NCBI GenBank assembly: GCA_944392865.1
Contig: CALXYD010000003.1
Span: 1-63,044 of the forward strand
Source of the DNA: an uncultured Alphaproteobacteria bacterium
GTDB lineage: Bacteria; Pseudomonadota; Alphaproteobacteria; RF32; CAG-239
Direction: 5' to 3'
DNA: 63,044 nucleotides
Below the pieces are notes generated by a model. The model searched no databases. It saw only the letters and a list, made by a program, of their open reading frames with translations, and was not told the origin of the DNA. The translations under genes were made by a program, and so were the position numbers. Every line of letters starts with the position of its first letter. Within the stretch, counting starts at the first letter, position 1. This document shows positions 8,710 through 18,500 of this stretch, piece after piece.

Positions 8710-10722
8710 TTATTCCCAATCGTTTAAGACGCGTTCGCGGGTGCGTTTCTGCACGGCGGCGTCAAAGAACTGGCTGTTGCGCAAAATGTCGTAGGCGTTG
8801 TTGCCTTCGCTGTCGCGAATCTGCGGGTCGGCGCCGCGGCTTAACAGCAGTTGGACGAATTTGGGCGGAAAGTTGTTTTTCAGCGCATATAGCAACGGCG
8901 TGTCGCCGTGTTCGTTTTTGATGTTCAAATCTTTTTGCGCCAGGATAATATTTTCAATAATCATATCTGAGCCGCCTTTATTCAGGACATACCACAGGGG
9001 AATATCGCCGGCAGCGTTCGGGATATCCGTATTGGCGCCGCCGCGCAACAGCGTGCGGATAATTACCTCGTCGCCGCCGGTGCGCAGCAAATACCATAAC
9101 GGCGTTTCGTTGCGGCGGTCTTTCCAATTGACGTCCGCGCCGTATTCTATCAGGAGCTTGACGGTTTCAACCGGAAGATTTTGGCGGACGGCCGTCCAGA
9201 ACGGCGTTTCGCCGAGATTGTTGGCGACGTTGATGTCGGCACCGGCTTCAAGCAGCGTCAGAATATAATTGATGTCGGCGCGGTTGGCCAGGGCATACAT
9301 CAATGCGGTATTGCCGACGTCATCGGTTTGGTTGACTTCCGCACCGGAAGAAAGGAGCAATTTGGCTTTTTCTATCTGCAATGACGGAATGTGGGTTTCG
9401 TCCGCCTGGGCAGAGATAAACATCAGAGCCGTTTTGCCGTCCAGGCAATCGGCGCTGACATCGGCTTTGGCGTTTATCAGCTTTTCCAACACGCTTAACG
9501 AATTGTTGTTCAGGGCGGCGTTTAAGAACGTGGTGCAACCGTTTTCGTTTAAGACGTCAATATCCGCCAGATTGGCGATGGCGTCGGCAACGGCGGCGTC
9601 CGGGTTTTCGGCATAGATGCCTTCTTTCAGGGCAACGTTAAAATTGTGATGGTTTTTGGCGATAAAATCAAATTCGGCTTTTAAGCGCTCGGACGGGGTG
9701 GAGAACTGGTTAATCTTAAAGCCGAGCGTTTCAAGATAGCGGCGTTTGTTATAATAATCCAGCACGCTCAGGCCGTTCTTGTCGACGGCTTTGAAATTGG
9801 CGCCGCGGCGAATCAGGTATTGCATAACGTCATCATTGCCGCGGACGGCGGCGGCCATCAACGCGGTGTGTCCTTCATTGTCGGTGCCGTTTACTTCCGC
9901 CTCGTTATCCAAAAGGGATTGCAAAACGGGGAGCGTGCCGTTTTCATACGCGGCGAGCATCAGCGAATCAAAGCCGAATTTGTTGCGAGCGTTGACGCGC
10001 AGGCCGTATTCAAGCAATTTGTCAATGACTTTGGAATTTTTATTGAAGGTGGCGGCAAGCATAAGCGCGGTGTTGTCTTCATGGTCTTTTTCCACCAGGT
10101 TGGCGCCGTTGTTTATCAGCAATTCAATAACATCGGCGGACGGGTTGTTGATGGCGGCGATAAACAGCGCTTCATAACGCGGGAAACAATGGGTCTGCAC
10201 GTCGGCGCCGTATTCCATCAACAGGCGCAGGGCTTCCAGATTGGGGGAATAGGAAACGACATAGAGGAGCATGGTGCGCCCGTTATCAAAGCACATGTTC
10301 AAATCCGGCGTTTGGGCTATCCAGGCTTCCATTTCTTCCGTGGTGAAACTTTTGCCTTTGCGAACCTTGTCCAGCAGATTGCCGGAGGATATTATCCGGC
10401 GCGGCTGTTTCGCGGCGGCCGGTTGGGCAGGCGCGGTTTGAGCCGTCGGGGCAGGTTGTGTTAGCGGAGCGGTTGCTTCCTGAGGCGCGGGTTCGGGAGC
10501 GGGCAAAACCTCAGGCGCCGGCGGCTGTTCTGCGGCTGTTTCGGTCGGGGCGGCGATTTCTTCAGCCAAATCCGGCAGGGCTTCGGGCAGAGAATCCAGC
10601 GATATCATTTCCGCTCCCGTATCCAAGGCCAAATCATCCATTGCCGCGGACGGTATGGCGGAGACAGCCAGCAGAGCCAGCGTTACATAGGAGCAGGAGA
10701 GCAAAGAGTGATGGCGCAACAT
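8710..10722 (-). CDS. Secreted ankyrin-repeat protein (670 aa, more than a dozen ANK repeats)
   Basis: ATG at 10722, preceded by GGAGG. Signal peptide MLRHHSLLSCSYVTLALLAVSAIPSAA, then a Pro/Ala-rich linker, then repeated G.T.L..A......V..LL..GA.. units. Confidence 0.9.
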   Translation of the reverse strand: MLRHHSLLSCSYVTLALLAVSAIPSAAMDDLALDTGAEMISLDSLPEALPDLAEEIAAPTETAAEQPPAPEVLPAPEPAPQEATAPLTQPAPTAQTAPAQPAAAKQPRRIISSGNLLDKVRKGKSFTTEEMEAWIAQTPDLNMCFDNGRTMLLYVVSYSPNLEALRLLMEYGADVQTHCFPRYEALFIAAINNPSADVIELLINNGANLVEKDHEDNTALMLAATFNKNSKVIDKLLEYGLRVNARNKFGFDSLMLAAYENGTLPVLQSLLDNEAEVNGTDNEGHTALMAAAVRGNDDVMQYLIRRGANFKAVDKNGLSVLDYYNKRRYLETLGFKINQFSTPSERLKAEFDFIAKNHHNFNVALKEGIYAENPDAAVADAIANLADIDVLNENGCTTFLNAALNNNSLSVLEKLINAKADVSADCLDGKTALMFISAQADETHIPSLQIEKAKLLLSSGAEVNQTDDVGNTALMYALANRADINYILTLLEAGADINVANNLGETPFWTAVRQNLPVETVKLLIEYGADVNWKDRRNETPLWYLLRTGGDEVIIRTLLRGGANTDIPNAAGDIPLWYVLNKGGSDMIIENIILAQKDLNIKNEHGDTPLLYALKNNFPPKFVQLLLSRGADPQIRDSEGNNAYDILRNSQFFDAAVQKRTRERVLNDWE

Positions 10723-10818
10723 AATAACCTCCGAGATACAAAACTTGTTGTTTATTATAGCGGATTTTTGCCGATGATTCAAGCATAAGCGACGAAAATC
10801 CACATGTTTTTGCGGCGG

Positions 10819-12612
10819 CTACAGCCGGACGCGGTAGTGGCGGGCAACGGAAACATCGGACGGGATTTCCTCCAGCCAGGAGGGGATGTTTTCCCGTTTC
10901 AGCAACCGGTAATACAGTTTGTCGCGGTTGGCCGGGGATAAATCATAATAGCGGTCAAGGTTGCTAAAAAGCAGTATCTGGGTTACCTGATGGCGGAGCA
11001 ACAGCGGAACGGCGCTCTTATCATCCGTGCTTTGGAGAAGGCGGTGATTGTCTACCAGCCCTTCACGGTTGCGGTGGTAAGGCGTGCCGACGGTATTAAC
11101 GCCGCAGAGCCAGACGAATTTCGGACTTTGAAAATTGTCGGTAACCAGTGTGCCGCCGATGTCGCGGACATTTTGGCATAAAACCGGCGAAAATCTTGCT
11201 ATCGGGATTTCGGTTGAGGCGATAAGGTTATAAGGAAGGAAGGCAAACTGCTGGAAAATCATCACGCCCAGCCCGATTGCCCAGACCGATACGGGGAAAT
11301 CTCCGCTCCGGCGGCGGGCGAAATCGCTTTGGCGATAGATGTGTTCCAAAAGGCATACCCAGGGCAGAACCGTGTACAGGCATTGGTAATTGGCAAAGCG
11401 CAGAGCCAGGAGGTTTAAGATGAAAAGCGGCACGCCGAGGCAGAGGTTGAGCAGCATTATGCGGCGATAGGGTTTGAAACGCAGCAGGGAAACGCTTATT
11501 GCCAGCGAAACCAACGGAAACGCATAGATGGCCAGTATCAAGTCCCAACTTTGTTTCCAGAGCGGGCGCATTTCCGCAATACGGGCGCTCCAGACTTTTC
11601 TTATTTCTTCATCCAGCGGAAAATGAAAAATTTCCGTTCCAAAGCAGACGAGCAGTATCAAAAGTGTGCCGAAAGCGGCGCAGACCAGACTCCAGATTTT
11701 TAAGGCGCGGGTGTGCAGGCGGCCGCGCTCCAATCCGTATAAAACGGCAAATATCAACCAGGATACGGCGACATATAAAACGGAGAGGCGTCCGTTGTCA
11801 GGGAACATCCAACCTTCATAAGGCGGATTTAAAAACCAGAAAACCGTTACGCCCAAGGCAAACCAACGGGATATTTTTACGGCGGGGGCAAGCGACATGT
11901 TGCGGAAAACAAACAAGCCTACAAAAAACAGCAGAAACAGAAAATAAAGGATAATTCCCTCAATGGCGGTAAAAGTTGCCAAGGCCAGCGACAGCCCAAT
12001 CAGGGCGAGATAGCGGTTATGGCGCTTTTTGAGCCAACAGAGATGTAACGACACGGCGGCGAGGCCTAACAGCGCCATCAGCGAATGGTGGTCGGGGCGT
12101 CCGGGGTAATAATAGTTTTGCGTGTTTAGGTCGGCGAGGAAAACAAAACAGCCGAACAGCACCAGAAAAACATTAAAACGGCGGCGAAGCCCGTATGCCA
12201 AAATCAGAACGGAAAAGACCTGCATCCAGGGGGAAATAAAGGCGCCGCCCAAAAATACGGCGTCGCGCAGGTTATCCGTCATGAAGAGGAAGGGCAGGGC
12301 GTTGATTAGCCAGAGAATATCCAGCGGGCGCGTCCAATGCAGGATTTCGCCGAACGGATAATCGCTTTCCCACACCGGCTGCTCCCAAAATGACGGGTTT
12401 ATCAGCCAATGCCAGACGCGCAGCGCCCGCATATAGCCGTCCGAATCGTAATAAAAGCCGTTCCAACCGGCGAATCCGGCGCCGATGACTGCCGGTATAA
12501 CCGTAACGGCTATTAGCAAATACAGCCAACGGCTTAAAAAGTGCGTTAGCTTTTTTAGGGCACGGCGATAGCGCAAATCGGCGATTTCTTCAGGTGTGCG
12601 CGCGGCGGACAT
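10819..12612 (-). CDS. Polytopic inner-membrane protein, possibly a GT-C-type glycosyltransferase (family uncertain)
   Basis: ATG at 12612 with a GGAG upstream. 597 aa with more than 10 hydrophobic helices followed by a soluble C-terminal domain. The function is only a guess from this architecture. Confidence 0.7.
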   Translation of the reverse strand: MSAARTPEEIADLRYRRALKKLTHFLSRWLYLLIAVTVIPAVIGAGFAGWNGFYYDSDGYMRALRVWHWLINPSFWEQPVWESDYPFGEILHWTRPLDILWLINALPFLFMTDNLRDAVFLGGAFISPWMQVFSVLILAYGLRRRFNVFLVLFGCFVFLADLNTQNYYYPGRPDHHSLMALLGLAAVSLHLCWLKKRHNRYLALIGLSLALATFTAIEGIILYFLFLLFFVGLFVFRNMSLAPAVKISRWFALGVTVFWFLNPPYEGWMFPDNGRLSVLYVAVSWLIFAVLYGLERGRLHTRALKIWSLVCAAFGTLLILLVCFGTEIFHFPLDEEIRKVWSARIAEMRPLWKQSWDLILAIYAFPLVSLAISVSLLRFKPYRRIMLLNLCLGVPLFILNLLALRFANYQCLYTVLPWVCLLEHIYRQSDFARRRSGDFPVSVWAIGLGVMIFQQFAFLPYNLIASTEIPIARFSPVLCQNVRDIGGTLVTDNFQSPKFVWLCGVNTVGTPYHRNREGLVDNHRLLQSTDDKSAVPLLLRHQVTQILLFSNLDRYYDLSPANRDKLYYRLLKRENIPSWLEEIPSDVSVARHYRVRL

Positions 12613-12716
12613 AGCCTTTCTCCTGCTGATAACGATATTTTTTTCTTTTTTAGCATGAAAAGGTAAATTCCGGCTTAAATTTAACGAAAAAAATGCTTTG
12701 CGGCGCGTTTTTACGC

Positions 12717-12745
12717 TTGAAGGGCGGCGTATTTTATGGTATAAT
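12717..12745 (+). promoter_or_regulatory. Sigma70-type promoter with extended -10
   Basis: TTGAAG (12717-22), 17-nt spacer, TGgTATAAT (-10 at 12740-45). It lies 38 nt upstream of the ATG at 12783. Confidence 0.7.
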
Positions 12746-12782
12746 TTTTTTATGTTCAAAGCTATTAGACAAGGAGGGCGTT

Positions 12783-13349
12783 ATGGGACAGCTTAGTATT
12801 TCATGCGGACGCGAATTTTCGGTTTTTCAGATTTTTGCCGAAAGCAAAAGCTTTCGTGCGGCATTGAAGAAAATTGAAGCATACGATAAAGAACACCAAA
12901 CGGGGAAAATCGCAGCGACGCCCGAGGATAAAAAGGCTTTGCGGGAAAGTTTTTCCATGTTTAAGGAGGCGGAGAAAACCATCAGCAATAACGGAACGGC
13001 GCTTGATTATGACAATCCGCAGATTATAGAGCGGCTGAATACGATTTTAACCCAGCGTCTGCCCGCTATTTCGCAAGATGTGATCAAAAAAGAAACATCC
13101 AGCCTGGCGATTAAAAAGGCCAATATCGGAATGATGATGGCCAAGCATGCGGAAAATATCCGCCGGCTGGGCAAGAAGATGGTTATGCAGAAGCCGGAGC
13201 GGCGGCGTGAACAGGCGATGACCGAAAGAACCGGCAAAACCGGGCACAGTCCGCATGAGAAAGTCTTTTCAACCAAGACGTCCTACAAAAGCAATCACGA
13301 GGTTATTGTTGAAAGGCTGATGCAGGAGAGGCGGGCGCAGGGAAAATAA
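12783..13349 (+). CDS. Hypothetical protein (188 aa, Lys/Glu-rich)
   Basis: ATG at 12783, preceded by AAGGAGGG. Promoter upstream and terminator downstream. No recognisable domain. Confidence 0.65.
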   Translation: MGQLSISCGREFSVFQIFAESKSFRAALKKIEAYDKEHQTGKIAATPEDKKALRESFSMFKEAEKTISNNGTALDYDNPQIIERLNTILTQRLPAISQDVIKKETSSLAIKKANIGMMMAKHAENIRRLGKKMVMQKPERRREQAMTERTGKTGHSPHEKVFSTKTSYKSNHEVIVERLMQERRAQGK

Positions 13350-13372
13350 TTTTCTTTGGCTATTCCTAAAAC

Positions 13373-13406
13373 AAAAGGCTTCCGTTTTTTACGAAAGCCT
13401 TTTTTT
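13373..13406. terminator. Bidirectional rho-independent terminator
   Basis: aaggctt..aagcctt stem followed by TTTTTTT. It sits between the 12783 CDS and the 3' end of tRNA-Leu. Confidence 0.6.
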
Positions 13407-13411
13407 GTGGT

Positions 13412-13497
13412 TGGTAGGGGTGATGAGACTTGAACTCATACTTCCAGAGGAAACAAGATTTTGAGTCTAGCGCGTCTACCAATTCCGCCACACCCCC
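13412..13497 (-). tRNA. tRNA-Leu (anticodon CAA)
   Basis: The reverse complement is GGGGGTGTGGCGGAATTGGTAGAC...CTCAAAA...long variable arm...GAGTTCAAGTCTCATCACCCCTACCA. It has a 7-bp acceptor stem, a TTCAAGT T-loop and an encoded CCA. 86 nt. Confidence 0.9.
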
Positions 13498-13657
13498 ATC
13501 GGTGAGAAGTTATGTAACCCAGATTTTTTTGATAGTCAATAGTTTTTTTTGTTTTTTTTGTGAGAAAAATGCGATAAAAGCGTGGCAGATTAAGTTTTAT
13601 ATGTTATAAAGGCAGATAAACAGGGTTAATATTGCCGGCAGGCACCATGTAAAAAGG

Positions 13658-15199
13658 ATGTCCGTAGTGAACGAATTGGAACAGAACGCATTGGATTTTT
13701 TGAAGAACGGCGAATATGAAAAAGCCGCCAAGCTCTATTTGCAACTTGCCGTCGGGGCGCCGGAGAATGAAAATTTTCTGATTGCGGCGGCGAATTGCTA
13801 TGATAATGCCGGCGATAAAAAACTTGCGCTCAGCCTTTATAAAAAAGCGCTGAATCTTAATCCGCAATCGCTGTCCGCATTGCTTAACGTTTCCACACTT
13901 TACTATGAGTTGAAAAAATATGACAAGTCGGCGGATTTTGCCGCCCGGGCGCTTGCGGTTAAAGAGGGAAACTTCGCGGCGATTATGAATCTCGGCAATT
14001 CCCTTTATTCGCGCGGGGAATACGAAGAGGCACTGAAATATTATGAAAAGCTTTATGAACTTAATCCGAATTCGTATAACGCCATTTTGAATATCGCCAA
14101 CACCTGTTACAGTCTGAACCGCTATGTGCGCGCTATTGAATATGCCAAAATCGCGCTTGAGAAAAGGCCGACCGATTCGGCGCCGTATATTATCGCCGGC
14201 AATTCTTTTATTGAACTTTCCAAAAGCGACGAAGCGGCGAAACTGCTTAAACGGGCGACAGAACTGGCACCGGAATCCGACTGGCTTTGCAATTCGCTCT
14301 CCAATCTGTTTCGCAAAATGGGGAACTGGCGGCAGTGCCTGCATTATGCCTGGAAGGCTTTTTCGTTGAAAAAAGGCGGAATTAGCGCGGACAGCCATAT
14401 CAATTTCGGCTATCTTTTATATGAAGCATACGACGAAGGGCAGAATGAGCTGGCTTTTAAATATCTGGAGCGTTGGGAGGCGGCTTTTCCCGACAATCCG
14501 ATTGTCCACCATATCAGCTGCGCCTTACGCAATGAGCAGGCGGTTGATACGACCGACCTTTCGTATGTTAAAGGGCTGTTTGACGGGTTTGCTTCTTCAT
14601 TTGATGAAATCTTGCGCGATTTGGATTATAAAGTGCCGGAGCTTATTGCCGATTTTCTGAAAGACACGCTCAAAACCAAGCTGTTTAAAAAACGGCAAAT
14701 ACTTGATTTGGGCTGCGGAACAGGCTTATGCGCCGAGGCGCTTAAACCCTATTTTCCCAACGAGGAATTCTACGGGGTTGACGTTTCGGAAAAAATGCTT
14801 GAAGCGGCCGGCAAAAAAAGCATTTATAAAGAGCTTTATTGCGACGATATTATCAATTTTCTGGAAGATGTGGAAACGCCTTATCACGCCGTTGTTGCCG
14901 GCGATGTGCTGACTTATATCGGCGAACTCAAGCCCCTGTTCCGCCTGATGATAAAAGCGGTCAAAGCCAACGGGCTGTTCTGTTTTTCCATTTCTAAAAA
15001 TACACTCAATCAAAGCGATTATTTTTTAACGCCGTCCGGGCGGTTCGTCCATTCCATAACCTATGTCCGCCGTTTGCTCAAATATTACGGATTTGAAGTC
15101 ATTCGCCAGGAAGAACACGTTTTGCGCCATGAAGGGGCAAAAGAGGTGGAAGGAGTAGTGGTGTTGGCGCGCAAGGAGATAGAGGTGGTGTTTGCTTAA
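13658..15199 (+). CDS. TPR-repeat protein fused to a class I SAM-dependent methyltransferase
   Basis: 513 aa. The N-terminal ~300 aa consist of TPR-like 34-mers (A..Y..AL.L.P). The C-terminal domain carries SAM motif I ILDLGCGTGLC. Confidence 0.85.
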   Translation: MSVVNELEQNALDFLKNGEYEKAAKLYLQLAVGAPENENFLIAAANCYDNAGDKKLALSLYKKALNLNPQSLSALLNVSTLYYELKKYDKSADFAARALAVKEGNFAAIMNLGNSLYSRGEYEEALKYYEKLYELNPNSYNAILNIANTCYSLNRYVRAIEYAKIALEKRPTDSAPYIIAGNSFIELSKSDEAAKLLKRATELAPESDWLCNSLSNLFRKMGNWRQCLHYAWKAFSLKKGGISADSHINFGYLLYEAYDEGQNELAFKYLERWEAAFPDNPIVHHISCALRNEQAVDTTDLSYVKGLFDGFASSFDEILRDLDYKVPELIADFLKDTLKTKLFKKRQILDLGCGTGLCAEALKPYFPNEEFYGVDVSEKMLEAAGKKSIYKELYCDDIINFLEDVETPYHAVVAGDVLTYIGELKPLFRLMIKAVKANGLFCFSISKNTLNQSDYFLTPSGRFVHSITYVRRLLKYYGFEVIRQEEHVLRHEGAKEVEGVVVLARKEIEVVFA

Positions 15200-15400
15200 A
15201 GGGGAAAATTTTGTGATTTGGGGGCGTGCTAAAGCACGGTCAAATCGCCGAATGGAAGCCACTCTGCGGGGCAGTCACGTACGCTTTTAGTACGCTCCTG
15301 CCCCTTGGTGGACATTCGACGATAGCACCGCACTTTATCCCACCCATTGCGTGGCTGCGCCACAAGTTTAAATGGGGGCGTGCTAAAGCACGGTCATGAT
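15196..15400 (+). repeat. Degenerate copy of the MITE-like element also found at 38768, with a nested 23-bp direct repeat
   Basis: ttaaaggggaaaattttgtgatt (15196-15218) is identical to 38768-38790. The interior (ggaagcc..gtcacgtacgcttttagtacgctcc) is homologous to the other copy. gggggcgtgctaaagcacggtca is repeated at 15220 and 15373. Confidence 0.55.
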
Positions 15401-15513
15401 TGCAAATTTGTCTTACTTCGTAAAGCGTTGCTTTTGTTCGCAACGCTAACTTCTCTGGATACAAAGAAACAGCCCGCTTTTCAGGGCGGGCTGCAGGTTG
15501 TCGGTGGTAGAAG

Positions 15514-18500
15514 TTACCGACCCAGCATGTCTTTGAACATACCAACCGTTGCGACAACATCTCTGGCGGCGGCGGCACCATGGCGGATGGTACCTAACGT
15601 ATTGTTTGCCATATAATTACGGGCGCTATTTTCATCTACCCGGTCGTATATGCTGTTATAGTTTGCGCCGACATAGGTGATTGTGCCGTTACCTAAAAGA
15701 CTTCTGCCTACCGGATACGCGCCACCATAGGCCATATCTCTGGCATTATCACGGAGCCACTCACGGTCGCCGGATCGGTCGTATGCGCTGGTATCGCGGC
15801 TTCGTTCAAATTCAGCTGTTCTGATGTTGCTTGCCCATTTATCCGGTTCGTAACGGGAAGCGCTGGCATAGAGAACAGTGCCGTCTACGGTGCTGATGTA
15901 TGCCCCGCTGTATTTTACGCTCAGGTCACGCGATAAGTGGGGGTCTCGGATAAACAGCTCGCCATCGCGAAACTGATAGTTGTAAGTGTCCGTATACATA
16001 TCGGCATATAATACACTGTTGTTTGTCGGTTGTTCGTAGATGACAGTTGTGTTATTCTGCGGCGGAACAACGACCGTGGTGTTGACAGGATCCTGATTGC
16101 CATGGTTGCCTCCGGCCAACATTCTGGCGCCTTCAAGGTCAACCGTCAACTGGCCTTTTTCATCCCGCCATATATGCGGTTTTTCCACGTTCGGGTCAAT
16201 ACTCAAATCATGCCGGACGTTGTCGGCAATGGTTTCTTTAACGCCTTTGCCGATTTCCGCCAACAGTTCTTCGCGCGACGGTTGGTTATAGTCGGCAAAG
16301 TTTTCGGTTTTGAACTTGGCGCCGTCAAAGTTCTTTTCAATGAAGTTATCCAGCGCGGTTTGCTGTTCCGGTGTCAATTCGTGTGAAGCCAGGTAGTTTA
16401 TCATATTGTATGATGTCGGTTTGCCGTCCGGCAGCCCTTCCAGCCCTAATGCTTCCTGCAGAGCGTATGGCGCCATTTTGCAGGCGATGGTTGCCTGTCC
16501 GGCTTTGGTGCCGAGATGCTCGCACAGGTCTTCCGCCATGGCGTTGGTGTCAGAGATGCGGCTGTCGCCCAGGCTTTCCAGGTGGGAGAGGGTGTGGGCA
16601 AAGGCGCTCTTGCCTTCAATGCCGCTGGAATTTTCCGCTTTGGCGGCTTCAAGATTTTCAGACAGGCGGGCGCTTGTTTCATCAGGTATTCCCGGATTAT
16701 ATTTCTCTTCGTAAGCTTCCATATCAAAATCGTGTCCGGTCTGGGCTTTGTATTCCGCCAATATCGCTTTGTCAGCGGCGTCTTGCGCCATGCCCTCTGG
16801 CGTGCGGTCATAGCCTGGCTGGTAGATGCTGGCCTTATTATCCGGCGAGTTGAATGTATCTTCCGGCAGGTTCTGGCGGTAGGCGGCTTCGTAAGCTTTT
16901 TGCTCCAGTTCGGTGGGAACGCGTCCGTTGACCATATCCGGTTCGCCGCGGACGGCTTCCGTTACTTTATCAACAACATCGCCGGCTGCTTCCGAAACGG
17001 TGTCGGCCGCGTTGTTGATTTTTTCGCTCGCCCATTCGCCGATGCTGGGCATCAGGCCGGAGTTTGCCAAACCGATACCGACGGCGGAGTTCAGAGATTT
17101 TGTAATCAGTTCGCTTTTGTTTTTCTGTTGTTTGGCTTCCAGTTCTTTCATGGCGGCATTTATGGCGGCTCTGTCGCGCGGCGGATTTTTCTCCAGCTGC
17201 TCTTTTTGTGCCGCCAGCTTTTTCAATTTGCGCTGGTTGTAGCCGATGAAGGTCTTAAATGCGTGCCCCAAGCTGTCGCCGTTTTGTATCGCGGCAATTT
17301 TGTCGTCCAACGCTTTAATGCTGTCTTTATGCTTGTTTATGGCTTCGGATGTCGGTTTTCCGTCCGGCCCCAAGTTCTTTATTTCTGCTTGTAAAGCCTT
17401 TTTTTGCGAATGTAAACTATACTTTTCTACCAAATTCGGAATGGACATTGCCGCCGTGGATACGGCGGTTCTGCCAATAACTCCAAGCGTTGAGCCGGCG
17501 TTAGTGGCCGCTTGCAATAAAGCCGGTGTATTGACTCCCATGGCATTTAATACGCCGTCCAAGCCGGTGGCCGCAGGTATCGCGGCGAGAGTGGAGGTAA
17601 TGCCGGCGCCCAAGACCATCGCAATTTTCTTGCCTTTGGAAAGCGACGGGTCTTTTAGCTGGTTCTTTAAGGCTTTCCACTGTTTGCAGGTGTTGTAGGC
17701 AACCAAGGCCGGAACGCCGACCGGATTGGCTAAGCTGGCAACGGCAAACAGAGCTTGCGATTTCATGAAGTTCCAACCGGCTTTGGCGACGGTTTTGGTT
17801 ACCTTTTTAGCTTTGATATATTTTGCGCCGTAGAGCTTGGTTAGGTCTTTATCCAATTGTTCCAGGCGGGTGGTTACCTTTTGCCCGAGCTTGGAGCCTT
17901 TGAAACGTTGCTGAACACGGTTTTTAAATGTTTCAGCCCTGGTGTAGTTGGCACCCATACGGGCGGCCAATTCGGTCTGGTTAAAAGTTTTTTTGCCGTC
18001 TTCACTATGCAGCAGCATTTCAATTTTATCGTTCATGATTTTATTGAGCTGCTCGCCGCGTTTTTTCGGGTCTTCTTCCAAACCTGTCTTGGCAATTTCC
18101 TGCGCGGCCAGTTCACGCGCCATTTTTAAGACGGCTTCCTGATTTTTGGCATTTTTCTTTTTCTTGAGCGGTTTGCCGTTATCATCGGTAAAAGTATAGC
18201 CTTCTATGGTCGGTTTGCCGTCAGCATCAGTCGGGGTAAATTCCGCCAGCGCTTTGTGGGCGTTGTCATAATTTGTCCGTAGCTGTTCTTCGGTGAGCTT
18301 GCCCATATTTTGCAAATCATAATCACGCAGGGCAGTTGCCAGTTTGGCGGAAAATTCTTTGTAGATATCGGCAAATTGCGGATTGTCCTTAATTTTATCC
18401 GCCATAGCCAAAAGCATGTAAGCGTTATCCGGGTTTAAATCCGCACTGCCGTATTGTTGCAGGTGAGCGGCGATGGTTCCCGCAATCTCATCAAGTTTGC

